Assembly: GCF_009914755.1 (NCBI RefSeq)
Contig: NC_060932.1
Direction: 5' to 3' (one strand)
Length of the DNA stretch: 64,000 nt
Source of the DNA: the human T2T-CHM13v2.0 reference genome, Homo sapiens
Of the stretch, positions 48,920-64,000 are shown piece by piece (the stretch's first letter is position 1; each line of letters starts with the position of its first letter). Made by a program: the position numbers and the translations under genes. The notes under the pieces are model-generated. The model had not been told where the DNA came from. It made no database searches and saw only the letters and a list, made by a program, of their open reading frames with translations.

Positions 48920-51350
48920 GTGCATTCCAGACACATGTTTAAGTGACAGTTTAGAGTATTGTACAAGTGGTATTTCAAATCAGTAAGAAAAATTGTTTTA
49001 CATATTTTGTTGATATTTTTATTATCTTACTGTAGAGAAAGCCTTCCTAAAACACACACGAAGGCTTCATAAAGGAATATATTGATAGACTTTATTATTC
49101 CTATATTCATAAAGGAATATATTGATAGACTTTACTCCATAAGAAATGAAAACATTGGTATGGCACAAACTACCAAAAAAGAAAAGGAAGTCAATTGACA
49201 ATATGAGAGAAAATATTTGCAACATGTATAGGAAACAGCAGGGTCAATATCTATTATATTTTTTAAAACTCTAAAAAACATCAACAAGAAAAGTATAAAA
49301 TGTGCCTGGGATTGGAGGCAAAAAAAATGAACAAGCAATTCACACTAACAAGCAGAAATGGCCAATAATATCCACTCCAACATTAGTCAAATAAAAAAAA
49401 ATTAAAATAACAGGTGACAAATTTTTTCAGTAATAAGATTAGCAAAAATTTTAAAAAATTACAGTATTCAGTGTTGACGTGTATAAGCAACAAAGTCTCA
49501 GAAGCTTTTGGTTGGGTTGTATGTTAGTGTTGGTATTTGTAATAAATTGGTGATGTATATCAAAACGTACAATGTACATGCATTTGACCTAGAATTTCCA
49601 TTTCTAGGAATCTACCTATAGAAATACTTATAAATTCACACATAGTCATTAGAACAAAGATGATTTTGGCAAGATTATTTGTGGAGTCAAAAATAGTAGA
49701 ATCATAAAATCAACTAGCATGTAGGGAAAACCCAAATGGGATATGAGCAATAAAAAAAGAACCTAAGTGAATTACAGATGAGTAACATAACCACACTGAA
49801 GCGAGTGAGGAAGAAAAGAGCTAATCTAAGTAAACTTGGAAAACGGTGTTTTGATTACATATGGCAAGACTACAAACAAATAAACAAAAACTATACACAA
49901 ATATTGTTTTATAGTTTGTAAATTTGTTTTCATGGAATACATCTTAGCAATTCTAAAAATACTTCATGTATACTCTAGGATTAAACAATTACATAAGTAT
50001 ATTGTAGATAACAACAGCCAGGCTTCTCACTGTTGAAGAAAGAAGTTTCAAATAAGGTAGGAGAGAAGGCGAGAAGGAACACTATAATGCCAGATGGAAT
50101 TGAAAATATTAGTAGAAACTCATGGTTTTTTATATACATGGACGTCTGTGTGTGACCCATATACATACATACATGGATAATATAGAAATTAATATACATA
50201 TGTGTAGATATATGGTTAAATATGCATATATATATGTATAATCAGCTCTGTCCACTGAGTGCCTATAAGCAATGATTTCCCAGTAGTAATAAGTACATCC
50301 AGCCTTCAGATCTTGACTTTTAAATTTTACTCTCCAATATAAGGAACTGGGGTTCCTTGGTAAAATGGCTGATTCTAGGTCTGGGTCACGGAAAGTTTCA
50401 GAAAGTAAGAAATTGCTCAGAAAAAAAAATAATAATTGTTGCAGACCAGAATCATCAATGGATGCTAAAATTAGTGGGCAAAGTTGAATAAGAAATAGGA
50501 TTTTTCATATTTTCAAGGTCATCTTCAACTGATACTTAATAATTACAAAGGGAATATAGCAATGTTAAAGTGGTAAAACCTAGAATCCTCCAATTTATGC
50601 AAGCAATCAATTTAAAATTACCAGCAATGTGATATATTGTTATCATGTCTTCGAATATGACATACTGAGGAGCTCACATCACTTCTGTAAGATTCTTGCC
50701 CAAATGCATAAGGTAAATTATGTTAAGAAGAAATACATAAACACACACTGAGGAAAATTCTACAAAATAAGTAGCCAATAATCTTCAAAAGTGTTAAAGA
50801 CATGAAAGACAAAGTAAATTTCAGAACTGTCCCAGAATGAAGGAGACCAAAGAGACATGCCAACTAAATACAATGTGTGATTCTGGATTAGATATGAATC
50901 AGTACAAAGGGCATTAGTGGGACACTTGGGAACATGCGTATAAAGTTCCTTGATTGGTTGACAGTGTTACATTGATGTTAATTTCCTAGTTATGATTATT
51001 GTACTACGGTTAAGTAAGGTGTAAAAATTTAAGGAAGCTTTACGAATATAGTTAGGTCTGAAATGATGTCAAAATGAAAAATTAAAAACCATATAAAATA
51101 GTGAAATCAGATTAAATGTGCATCAAAAAATTATGGCGCATATATCCTGTGGATATTTCACTGCATTTAAAAAGAAAACAAAAGATCCATATGTACAGAC
51201 ATGAAAACGTGTTGTTGAAATGCCAATTAATTAAAAAATACAGTTGCAATGTAATGTCTATCATCCCACTTTTTTTCAGGCAAACTATATACGAGTTCAT
51301 AGGAAAAAATTCTGGAATAATTCTAACCAAACTATTCACTACTTTGTCTT
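48920..51350 (+). mobile_element. Old L1M composite (ORF2 3' part and L1MC-type long 3'UTR)
   Basis: Decayed GAGAAAATATTTGCAACATGTAT and CATTTGACCTAGAATTTCCATTTCTAGGAATCTAC motifs; L1MC-like tail to about 51090. Confidence 0.65.
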
Positions 51351-51838
51351 GATTAGAGGAAGATGTGAGAAAAATGAAGGTTTAAGGAACACTTGTTTTT
51401 TATTACCTATACTTGTATATTCGTTTAATTTCATAACAAGAATAAATTTCTTTAAAAAAACAGAAAACAATGAAGAGAGAAAAAAATCTTCAACTGATCC
51501 CCAGTGGTTTATAGAATTAAGGTAAATTTTAAAATATTATGTGCTCCACCTAACTTATTCAAATTCGAACCTCATATTCCACCAATCAGATAATTTTTAC
51601 TTTTGCTACTTATCTTTGTGAATAATCTATTCACTTGTTCTAAATCAATTTACTTTAATTCTTTTTAATATTATATTTTTAAAGTATAAAACTTTACCGG
51701 AGGAGCCAAGATGGCCGAATAGGAACAGCTCCGGTCTACAGCTCCCAGCGTGAGCGACGCAGAAGACGGGTGATTTCTGCATTTCCATCTGAGGTACCGG
51801 GTTCATCTCACTAGGGAGTGCCAGACAGTGGGCGCGGG

Positions 51839-52147
51839 TCAGTGGGTGCGTGCACTGTGCGCCAGCCGAAGCAGGGCGAGGCATTGCCTCACTTGGGAAG
51901 CGCAAAGGGTCAGGGAGTTCCCTTTCCCAGTCAAAGAAAGGGGTGACAGACGGCACCTGGAAAATCCGGTCACTCCCACCCGAATATTGCGCTTTTCGGA
52001 CTGGCTTAAAAAACCACCCACCACGAGATTATATCCTGCACCTGGTTCAGAGGGTCCTACGCCCACGGAGTCTCGCTGATTGCTAGCACAGCAGTCTGAG
52101 ATCAAACTGCAAGGCGGCAGCGAGGCTGGGGGAGGGGCGCCCGCCAT
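51839..52147 (-). CDS. L1 antisense ORF0-like reading frame, 102 aa
   Basis: MAGAPPPASLPPCSLISDCCASNQRDSVGVGPSEPG start, open to 51839; expression unknown. Confidence 0.55.
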   Translation of the reverse strand: MAGAPPPASLPPCSLISDCCASNQRDSVGVGPSEPGAGYNLVVGGFLSQSEKRNIRVGVTGFSRCRLSPLSLTGKGNSLTLCASQVRQCLALLRLAHSARTH

Positions 52148-52602
52148 TGCCCAGGCTTGCTTAGGTAAACAAAGCAGCAGGGAAGCTCGAACTGGGTGGA
52201 GCCCACCACAGCTCAAGGAGGCCTGCCTGCCTCTGTAGGCTCCACCTCTGGGGGCAGGGCACAGACAAACAAAAAGACAGCAGTAACCTTTGCAGACTTA
52301 AATGTCCCTGTCTGACAGCTTTGAAGAGAGCAGTGGTTCTCCCAGCCCACAGCTGGAGATCTGAGAACGGGCAGACTGCCTCCTCAAGTGGGTCCCTGAC
52401 CCCTGACCCGCGAGCAGCCTAACTGGGAGGCACCCCCCAGCAGGGGCACACTGACACCTCACACGGCAGGGTATTCCAACAGACCTGCAGCTGAGGGTCC
52501 TGTCTGTTAGAAGGAAAACTAACAAACAGAAAGGACATCCACACCAAAAACCCATCTGTACATCACCATCATCAAAGACCAAAAGTAGATAAAACCACAA
52601 AG

Positions 52603-53618
52603 ATGGGGAAAAAACAGAACAGAAAAACTGCAACTCTAAAAAGCAGAGTGCCTCTCCTCCTCCAAAGGAACGCAGTTCCTCACCAGCAACGGAACAAAGC
52701 TGGATGGAGAATGACTTTGATGAGCTGAGAGAAGAAGGCTTCAGACGATCAAATTACTCTGAGCTATGGGAGGACATTCAAACCAAAGGCAAAGAAGTTG
52801 AAAACTTTGAAAAAAATTTAGAAGAATGTATAACTAGAATAACCAATACAGAGAAGTGCTTAAAGGAGCTGATGGAGCTGAAAACCAAGACTCGAGAACT
52901 ACATGAAGAATGCAGAAGCCTCAGGAGCTGATGCGATCAACTGGAAGAAAGGGTATCAGCAATGGAAGATGAAATGAATGAAATGAAGTGAGAAGGGAAG
53001 TTTAGAGAAAAAAGAATAAAAAGAAATGAGCAAAGCCTCCAAGAAATATGGGACTATGTGAAAAGACCAAATCTACATCTGATTGGTGTACCTGAAAGTG
53101 ATGGGGAGAATGGAACCAAGTTGGAAAACACTCTGCAGGATATTATCCAGGAGAACTTCCCCAATCTAGCAAGGCAGGCCAACGTTCAGATTCAGGAAAT
53201 ACAGAGAACGCCACAGAGATACTCCTCGAGAAGAGCAACTCCAAGACACGTAATTGTCAGATTCACCAAAGTTGAAATGAAGGAAAAAATGTTAAGGGCA
53301 GCCAGAGAGAAAGGTCGGGTTACCCACAAAGGGAAGCCCATCAGACTAACAGCGGATCTCTCGGCAGAAACCCTACAAGCCAGAAGAGAGTGGGGGCCAA
53401 TATTCAACATTCTTAAAGAAAAGAATTTTCAACCCAGAATTTCATATCCAGCCAAACTAAGCTTCATAAATGAAGGAGAAATAAAATCCTTTACAGACAA
53501 ACAAATGCTGAGAGATTTTGTCACCACCAGGCCTGCCCTAAAAGAGCTCCTGAAGGAAGCGCTAAACATGGAAAGGAACAACCGGTACCAGCCGCTGCAA
53601 AATCATGCCAAAATGTAA
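52603..53618 (+). pseudogene. L1 ORF1, disrupted
   Basis: 1-nt deletion near 52631; CGA>TGA stops at 52929 and 52989. Confidence 0.95.
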
Positions 53619-53681
53619 AGACCATAGAGACTAGGAAGAAACTGCATCAACTAATGAGCAAAATCACGAGCTGGCATCATA

Positions 53682-57493
<3,812 letters not shown>

Positions 57494-58242
57494 ACAATGA
57501 GAACACTTGGACACAGGAAGCGGAACATCACACACCGGGGCCTGTTGTGGGGTGGGGAGAAGGGGGAGGGATAGCATTAGGAGATATACCTAATGTAAAG
57601 GATGAGTTAATGGGTGCGGCACACCAACACGGCACATGTTTACATATGTAACAAACCTGCATGTTGTGCACATGTACCCTAGAACTTAAAGTATAATAAA
57701 AATATATATATAAATAAAAAAGAAAAGATAAAAAAGAAAGTGATTACCTTTTGTACACTTAAAATAATTGCAGTTCAGAAGCCGTATTTTATCTGCATTA
57801 ATTCTGTGATTAATGTTAATTTCCCCATAAATGACATGAGTTCTGTTTTCACAACACCAATCACACACAAACTCTTCAGGCTAAAGAGTTAGAACGCTGT
57901 TACTACCTGCCCGTCCCTTTCCTTTACCCCAATACCCAAGAGGTTTTTCTAACCATATGATGTCAGGAATACCAGAAATTTCTTCAAGCATATCTAAACT
58001 TTGATCCTCTGAGTAAATTTCACAATGATGCCTCTAAAAAATTGCCAAAGAAAACAAGAGCAAGCCTGACACCCAGCAGAAAGCAAATACAGTTTCTATG
58101 ACTAAGAACTTCCATGTGTGAAATAAAAAATAGAGAGGGCAAAATGATTCCTTTTATTTAAAAGATAATTGATAGGCTGGATATTGTTTATTTTAAAATG
58201 TCTTTCTGAAGCTAAATAAAACTGTTTTGTTTCTCTTTCCAG

Positions 58243-58260
58243 GTCTACATAACGTGACTG
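58243..58260 (+). other. Candidate 18-nt microexon
   Basis: TGTTTTGTTTCTCTTTCCAG|GTCTACATAACGTGACTG|GTATGT; only one frame is open (phase 1, GLHNVT). Confidence 0.45.
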
Positions 58261-59841
58261 GTATGTATGAAGATGATCACCTTTTCATTTTGCCCAACTG
58301 AAACTAAAATTCTCAATATCTGAGCATATGTCATATTGAGGATATTTCTAACATCGATGGGAAAGAGAAGGGACATAATATTAATAATGATAAGTGAAAA
58401 TATTTTACCTGTATATTTTATCTCTTACTTGGACAGGATGAATTTTTTAAACAGCTTTATTGAGGTGTGATTTACATACATTAATGCTTACCTGTTTTAA
58501 GCATAGAGTTTGATGACTTTGGGAAATGTATAGTCTTATTGCTTCATCATTAGCAAAATACTGACCATTTCCATCAACCCCAAAAGTTCCCTGATGCCCC
58601 TTTAGGCAACTCACTTTCCCCATCCTGGTCCCAAGCAACTGCTGAATGGCTATTTGTCACAATAGATCAGATTAATCATTTCTAAAATTTTGTAAGATGG
58701 AATCACATAGAATGTAGTCTTCCATATCTAGAATTTTATACTTAATGATCTGGAGATCTACCCAGGTTGTTACATGTCAGTAATTCAGTTTATTGGTGAA
58801 TAATGTTCCATTCTACAAATATAACTCAATGTGTTTATTCATTCACTAGTGGACATTTGAATTAATTACAGCTACAGGCTATTATAAATAAAGCTGCTAT
58901 GAGCATTCACATATAGGTCTTTGTGCGAACACAAATTCCTTTATCTTGGATAAGTACCTAGAAGTATACATGCTGAATTATATGATATTTATATTCAATT
59001 TTATAAAAAACTGCCAGTTTTCTGAGGTGGGCTGTACCATTTATTTACATTCTCATCAGCAATATATTAAAGTTCCAGCTGTGATGCAGCCTTGCCAATA
59101 CTTAGTATTGCTAGGTTTCTTTATTTGTTTGCTTGTTTGTTTGTTTTTGTGGTTTTATTTTTTAATTTGCTTTGTTTTTTGTCATTCTAGTTTAGTGATA
59201 CTTTAGTGTGGTTAAATTAATATTTCTCACCGAACTAATGTTGTTAAGAACTAAGATTGTTTCCTATATGTATTGGTCATTCATGTAGTATATATGTGAA
59301 GGATCTACAAATCTTCTGTCCATTATTTTAATTGGGCTGCTTTTAATTATTGAGTTATAAGTTGTTCTTCATATATTCCGGATACGAGCCCTTTTCACAT
59401 ATATATGTTTTGAAATATTTTCTCCTAGACTGTGGCTTGTCTTTTTTCATTATAATGGTGTCTTTTGAAAAACAAAAGGTTTTAATTTTTATGAGATTCA
59501 ATTTATTAATCTTTTTCTTTTGTGTTCTGTGTTTTTTATGTGCCATATAAGGAATATTTGCCTAACCCAGAGCCACAGAGATTTTCGCTTATGATTTATT
59601 TCAAAGAGTTATGGTTTAGCTCTATTGAATAGGCCTATGATGCACTTTGAATTAATTTTTTTGTATGAGGATTGGTAAAGGTTAACATTCACTTTTATTT
59701 TTGCATATGGATATCCAATTACTTCAGCAATACTTCATAAAAACTATTATTTCTTCAAATATATATATATTTGAAATTGTTTTGGCTGTTCTAAATTTTT
59801 TACATTTCCATATAAATGTTACAACCCATTTGTTAATTTCT

Positions 59842-60146
59842 TTTTTGTTTGCTTTGTGTTGCTTTTCATGGGAATCTCAGTCTGTCACTCAGGCTGGAGT
59901 GCAGTGGCACAATCATGGCTAACTGCAACCTCCAATTACCAGACTCAAGTGGTCCTGCCATGCCAGCCTCCCAAGTAGTTGGGACTACAGGCATAAGCCA
60001 CTATGTTTAGCTAATTTTTTTTCTTTTGTAGAGATGGGGTCTCCCTATGTTGCCCAGGCTGGTCTTGAACTGCTAGACTTAAGCAATCCTGCCACCCCAC
60101 CCTCCCAAAGTGCTGGGATTATAGGCAAGAGCCACTGTACCTGGCC
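59842..60146 (-). mobile_element. AluJ
   Basis: TATGTTGCCCAGGCTGGTC and AAGCAATCCT diagnostics; flanking TTTGTTAA(T/C)TTCT. Confidence 0.9.
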
Positions 60147-60279
60147 AAGTTTGTTAACTTCTATCAATGAAAAAAAGACCCAACTGAGAATGTGCTTAAA
60201 ATTTTTTTAAACTTTGGAAAAATTTGTGGGAAATTACAATCTTAAAATTATCAAGTCTTCTAATTCATGAACATGGTAT

Positions 60280-60473
60280 AATATATATACATATATACAC
60301 ATATATATACATAGATGAATTTATATACATGTATATATATACACATATATACATATATACACATATATATACATATATATACACACATATATATACATAT
60401 ATATATACACACATATATATACATATATATATACACACACATATATATATACACACACATATATATATATATA
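60280..60473. repeat. TA/CA alternating purine-pyrimidine microsatellite
   Basis: Seen directly; TA repeat resumes at 60648-60661. Confidence 0.95.
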
Positions 60474-60638
60474 TGGCTCTGGGCTAGGCAAATATTCCTT
60501 ATATGGCACATAAAAAACACAGAACACAAAAGAAAAAAGATTAATAAATTGAATCTCATAAAAATTAAAACCTTTTGTTTTTCAAAAGACAGCATTATAA
60601 TGAAAAAAGACAAGCCACAGTCTAGGAGAAAATATTTC
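60474..60638 (-). repeat. Inverted copy of 59412-59575
   Basis: Reverse complement matches with 2 substitutions and a 1-nt indel. Confidence 0.97.
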
Positions 60639-61774
60639 TCCTAGAGAATATATATATATATCAACTTCTTTAGAGCTTTTAAAATTTCAGCAATTTTTGG
60701 AATTTATAGTGTACACATTTTACAAGTTTTTTTATTAAATGTAGTGCTTAGTGTTTATGCAACTTTAAATAATGTCTTTTTAAATTTCAATTTCCACTTC
60801 TTCGATGCTAGTATATAAGAACGCAGTTGATTTTGTATATTGGTCTTATTTTAGCATTATTTTTAAATTTACTAAATAAGTTCTAGTGGCTTTTAAAAAG
60901 ACTCTTTTTGACATTTTAATGCACACAATTATGTCATATATGAATAAAGAAACTTTTAGTTCTTCATTTCCCAATCTTTATCCTGTTTTTTTTTTCTTAC
61001 CATAATGTATTGGCTAAGACCTCTAGTAAAATGTGTGCTAGAAGTGATGAGTGCAGAAATATTTGCCTTTTATCTTTTCTCTTTGGTAAAAAGTAGCTAT
61101 TTGTTAGTAAGTACAATATAACTTGTAGCTTTTTCATAAATATCCTATATCAAAGTGGGAAGGTTTCTTTTCTTCTGTTTTGATGCTAAATTTTGTCCTA
61201 TTCTTTTTGAGCATTTATTAAAATGATATGAATGTCTGTTTTCTCTTCATTTTGTTAATATGATGAATTACACTAAATGATTTTCAGATGCTAAACCAAC
61301 CTTGCATTTCTGGGATAAATCCCTTTTGTTGTGATGCACTATACTTTTTAAATTTTGTTGGGATTTGATAATATGTTGGTAAGAATTTTTGCATCTATGT
61401 TTATGACAAATATTAGTCCATGGTTTTGTTTCCTTTTGATCTTTTGGTTGTTATGGTAATACTGGTCTTATAAAATGAGTTGGTTAATGCTTCATTTTCC
61501 CTTATTTTCTGAGAGAAGTACTATAAGGTTAATGTTATTTCTTTTTTACATGTTGGTAGAATTCACCGCTGAAGCCATTTAGTCTGGAGACTTCTTTGTG
61601 AGAAAGTTCCCTAATACGAAAATGATAACTTTCACTGTTTATTAGTGAAAGATGTTTTAATTTAGGCATATTATTTTTTAATTTAGTTTCGGCAACTTGT
61701 GTCTTTCAAGGAATTCATCCACTTCATATAATCTGTTGAATTTATTGGTGTGCACTTGTTCATAATATTATATT

Positions 61775-62310
61775 ATATATCAATTATTTATTGCTGCATA
61801 ACAAATGACCACAAACTTAACAGCTTAAAATAGCACACTGTGTTTTCTCACAGTTTCTGTGGGTCAGAATCAGATTATGTCTTAGGTGGGTCTGTTGCTT
61901 CAGAGTCTGTCATAAGGCTTCAATCAAGGTGTCAATCTGGGTCTCATCTGAAAGCCTGACAAAGGAAAGAGCTACTTCCAAGCTCACCTACGTGTTAGCA
62001 GAGTGCAGTTTATTTTGAACTACTGAACTGAGGGCTGTAATTCCTAGCAGGTTATTGGCCAGAAGCTGCCTTCAGTGACACATGGGCCTATTTAGCAGGG
62101 CAATTTATTTCATTAAAGCCAGCAACAAATGAAATTGTTTGCTAAGAAAATGAGAGTTACAATTTCCTATTATATACCAATGAAATAATATGCCCTAATA
62201 TTGAGATAGTCTATTAGAAGCACATTGTTCAAGGAGAGAGTATGTATTACACAAGGCTCTGAATACTAGAAGGTAGGCATCTTTAGAGACAGTCTTAGAT
62301 GCTACTTATA
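61775..62310 (-). mobile_element. MaLR LTR (MLT1-type)
   Basis: TTGCTGCATAACAAATGACCACAAACTTAACAGCTTAAAA...CACAGTTTCTGTGGGTCAG. Confidence 0.75.
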
Positions 62311-63504
62311 ACATCTAATTATACTTTAAGTATGTAAGAAACCTGTAAGGATGTTTCTTCTGTTACTGCTGAGGTTAATCATTTTGGTTTTTTTCTTTTG
62401 TTGATTGGTCTAGCTAGAATTTTATTGATCTTTTCAATAAATCGATTATACTTATTTCATTGATTTTTCTCTATTGTTTATGTTTTAGTCCCTCTCACTT
62501 ATTCATGTTCTCTTAATCATTTCCTTTTTTTCCCAATGCTCAGGATTTAATTTACTCTTATTTTCTAGCTAATTTCTAGCTTCAGAAACTAATATAATTA
62601 ATTTCAATCTTTATTCTTTACTAATATGAGCTATGAATTTCCCTCTGACAACTGCATTAGCTGTATAACACAATGGTGATGGGTTGCATTTTAATCTTCA
62701 TTTACTTCAAAATGCTTTATAATTTCCCTTGTGATTTATTGTTTTATCCATGAGTTATTTGGAATCAAAATTTCAAAATAGTTTTGTATTTTCCACATTT
62801 CTTTCTGTTATTGATTTCTAAGTATAAGTCCGTTGTAGTCAGAAACCATATATTCTGTACTAGTTCAGTCCTTTTAAATATATTAAGACTTGATGTAAGG
62901 CCTGGAATATATCCTATCTTCACTGAGAAGAATGCGCTTTCTGCTGTTGACTGGAATGCTCCATAAACATAATTTGGTTCAAGTCTTCTAAATTAAAATT
63001 GATTTTCTCTTTACTTATTATATCAACTACTGGAGAGAAGTATTAGAATCTTTATCTGTGATTTTTATTTTAATTTGTCCATTTTGCCATTCAGTTCCTG
63101 GAGTTTTTGTTTCATATATTCTGTTGTTCTAAGTGTTTATTCAATATTACCATTATATCTTTACAAAATGTATATTGACCGTTTTGTTATTTTGAAATAT
63201 CTTTCTTTGTTTCCAGTAATATTTTTTAATTTAAAGACTATTTTGCTTTTATTAATAATGTCATTGTAGCATTCTTCAGGTTGACTTTTTAACTTTAATG
63301 TTTTGACTTTCACAAATAAAAATATGGTGGAAGACTTATGATATTAACATATGTAGTTATGTGTACACTATATAATGTAAACAAATTCAGATGCTACAGT
63401 TAGGTTCAACTTTGTTAAATTACAAAGAAAAAGTCTTTTGGGTTTTTTGTTTGTTTTTGTTGTGTTTTTTTGTTTGTTTTTTGTTTTTTAGCTCTGTTAA
63501 ATTA

Positions 63505-63583
63505 TTAGGTTGGTGCAAAAGTAATTGCAGCTTTCCCCTTACTTTCAATGGCAAAAACTGCAATTTCTTTTGCACCAACCTAA
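63505..63583. mobile_element. MADE1 (Hsmar1-derived MITE)
   Basis: TIRs TTAGGTTGGTGCAAAAG / CTTTTGCACCAACCTAA, 79 bp, TA on the left and CA on the right. Confidence 0.95.
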
Positions 63584-64000
63584 CAAGTATGAACACAGTG
63601 TGAAAAGAAGATTAGGGTTACCCCAGAGAATGAGCAATCAAAACTCAGGAAAATAATTATATACTTCAAGTTATTATCTTAGTCCTTGAGTTGGAATCAA
63701 CAATCTTCCAAGAAGAGGTAGGGAGAGATTCAAGATATGTTAGGATAATTTGTTTTTAAATTTCTTCTTTAAAAATCTAAAATTTATATGAAAGTTTAAA
63801 CCTTCTCTCAAATAATCATATTGTTTCCTTTGTATATTATGAGGTGGGAGACAAAAAAAAAGTAAAAATAATATCAGATACTCTTAAACCACATGAGTTT
63901 GAGGGCAGACAGTCTTGATTGGATTGCTAAAAAAAAACATGATTTGAAATGTCTGGGTAATAAAATATCATACACTAGTCTCTTAAGTCACGTGTTCCAA

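Larger units (their letters stand above)
58445..63290 (-). mobile_element. Old L1ME-like element, antisense, with several insertions
   Basis: Reverse 3' end TTTTTTAAACAGCTTTATTGAGGTG; decayed ORF2, e.g. [20 protein letters not shown] on the minus strand. Confidence 0.8.

Noticed and set aside
49066-49134. 29-bp direct repeat with a spacer as a CRISPR-like array
   Set aside because: Only two copies, an 11-nt spacer, no cas genes and a primate L1 context.
60224-60644. Tyr/Ile/His/Thr-rich ORFs
   Set aside because: These are translations of the TA/CA microsatellite; the same applies to 37049-37306.

Overview
This is AT-rich, repeat-dense primate genomic DNA, almost certainly human because it carries a near-consensus AluYb8. 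It is intronic or intergenic, and I could not recognise any cellular protein-coding gene. It holds a nested LINE-1 cluster (1-11.9 kb), two full-length same-strand L1PA2/PA3-type elements (5858-11905 with intact ORF1; 51699-57740), a full-length HIGD1A processed pseudogene (29.7-31.0 kb), about 10 Alus, and L2, MIR, LTR and DNA-transposon fossils. The most unusual signals are: (1) both full-length L1s have near-identical young bodies but different, older-looking 3' ends and no target-site duplications; (2) a recent 165-bp inverted templated insertion with a snap-back hairpin inside a TA microsatellite; (3) a twin-primed L1 that skips about 3.7 kb; (4) a candidate 18-nt microexon. I found no CRISPR array or operon-like system. 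Subfamily names come from remembered consensus diagnostics, not a database search, and the edges of old repeats are approximate.
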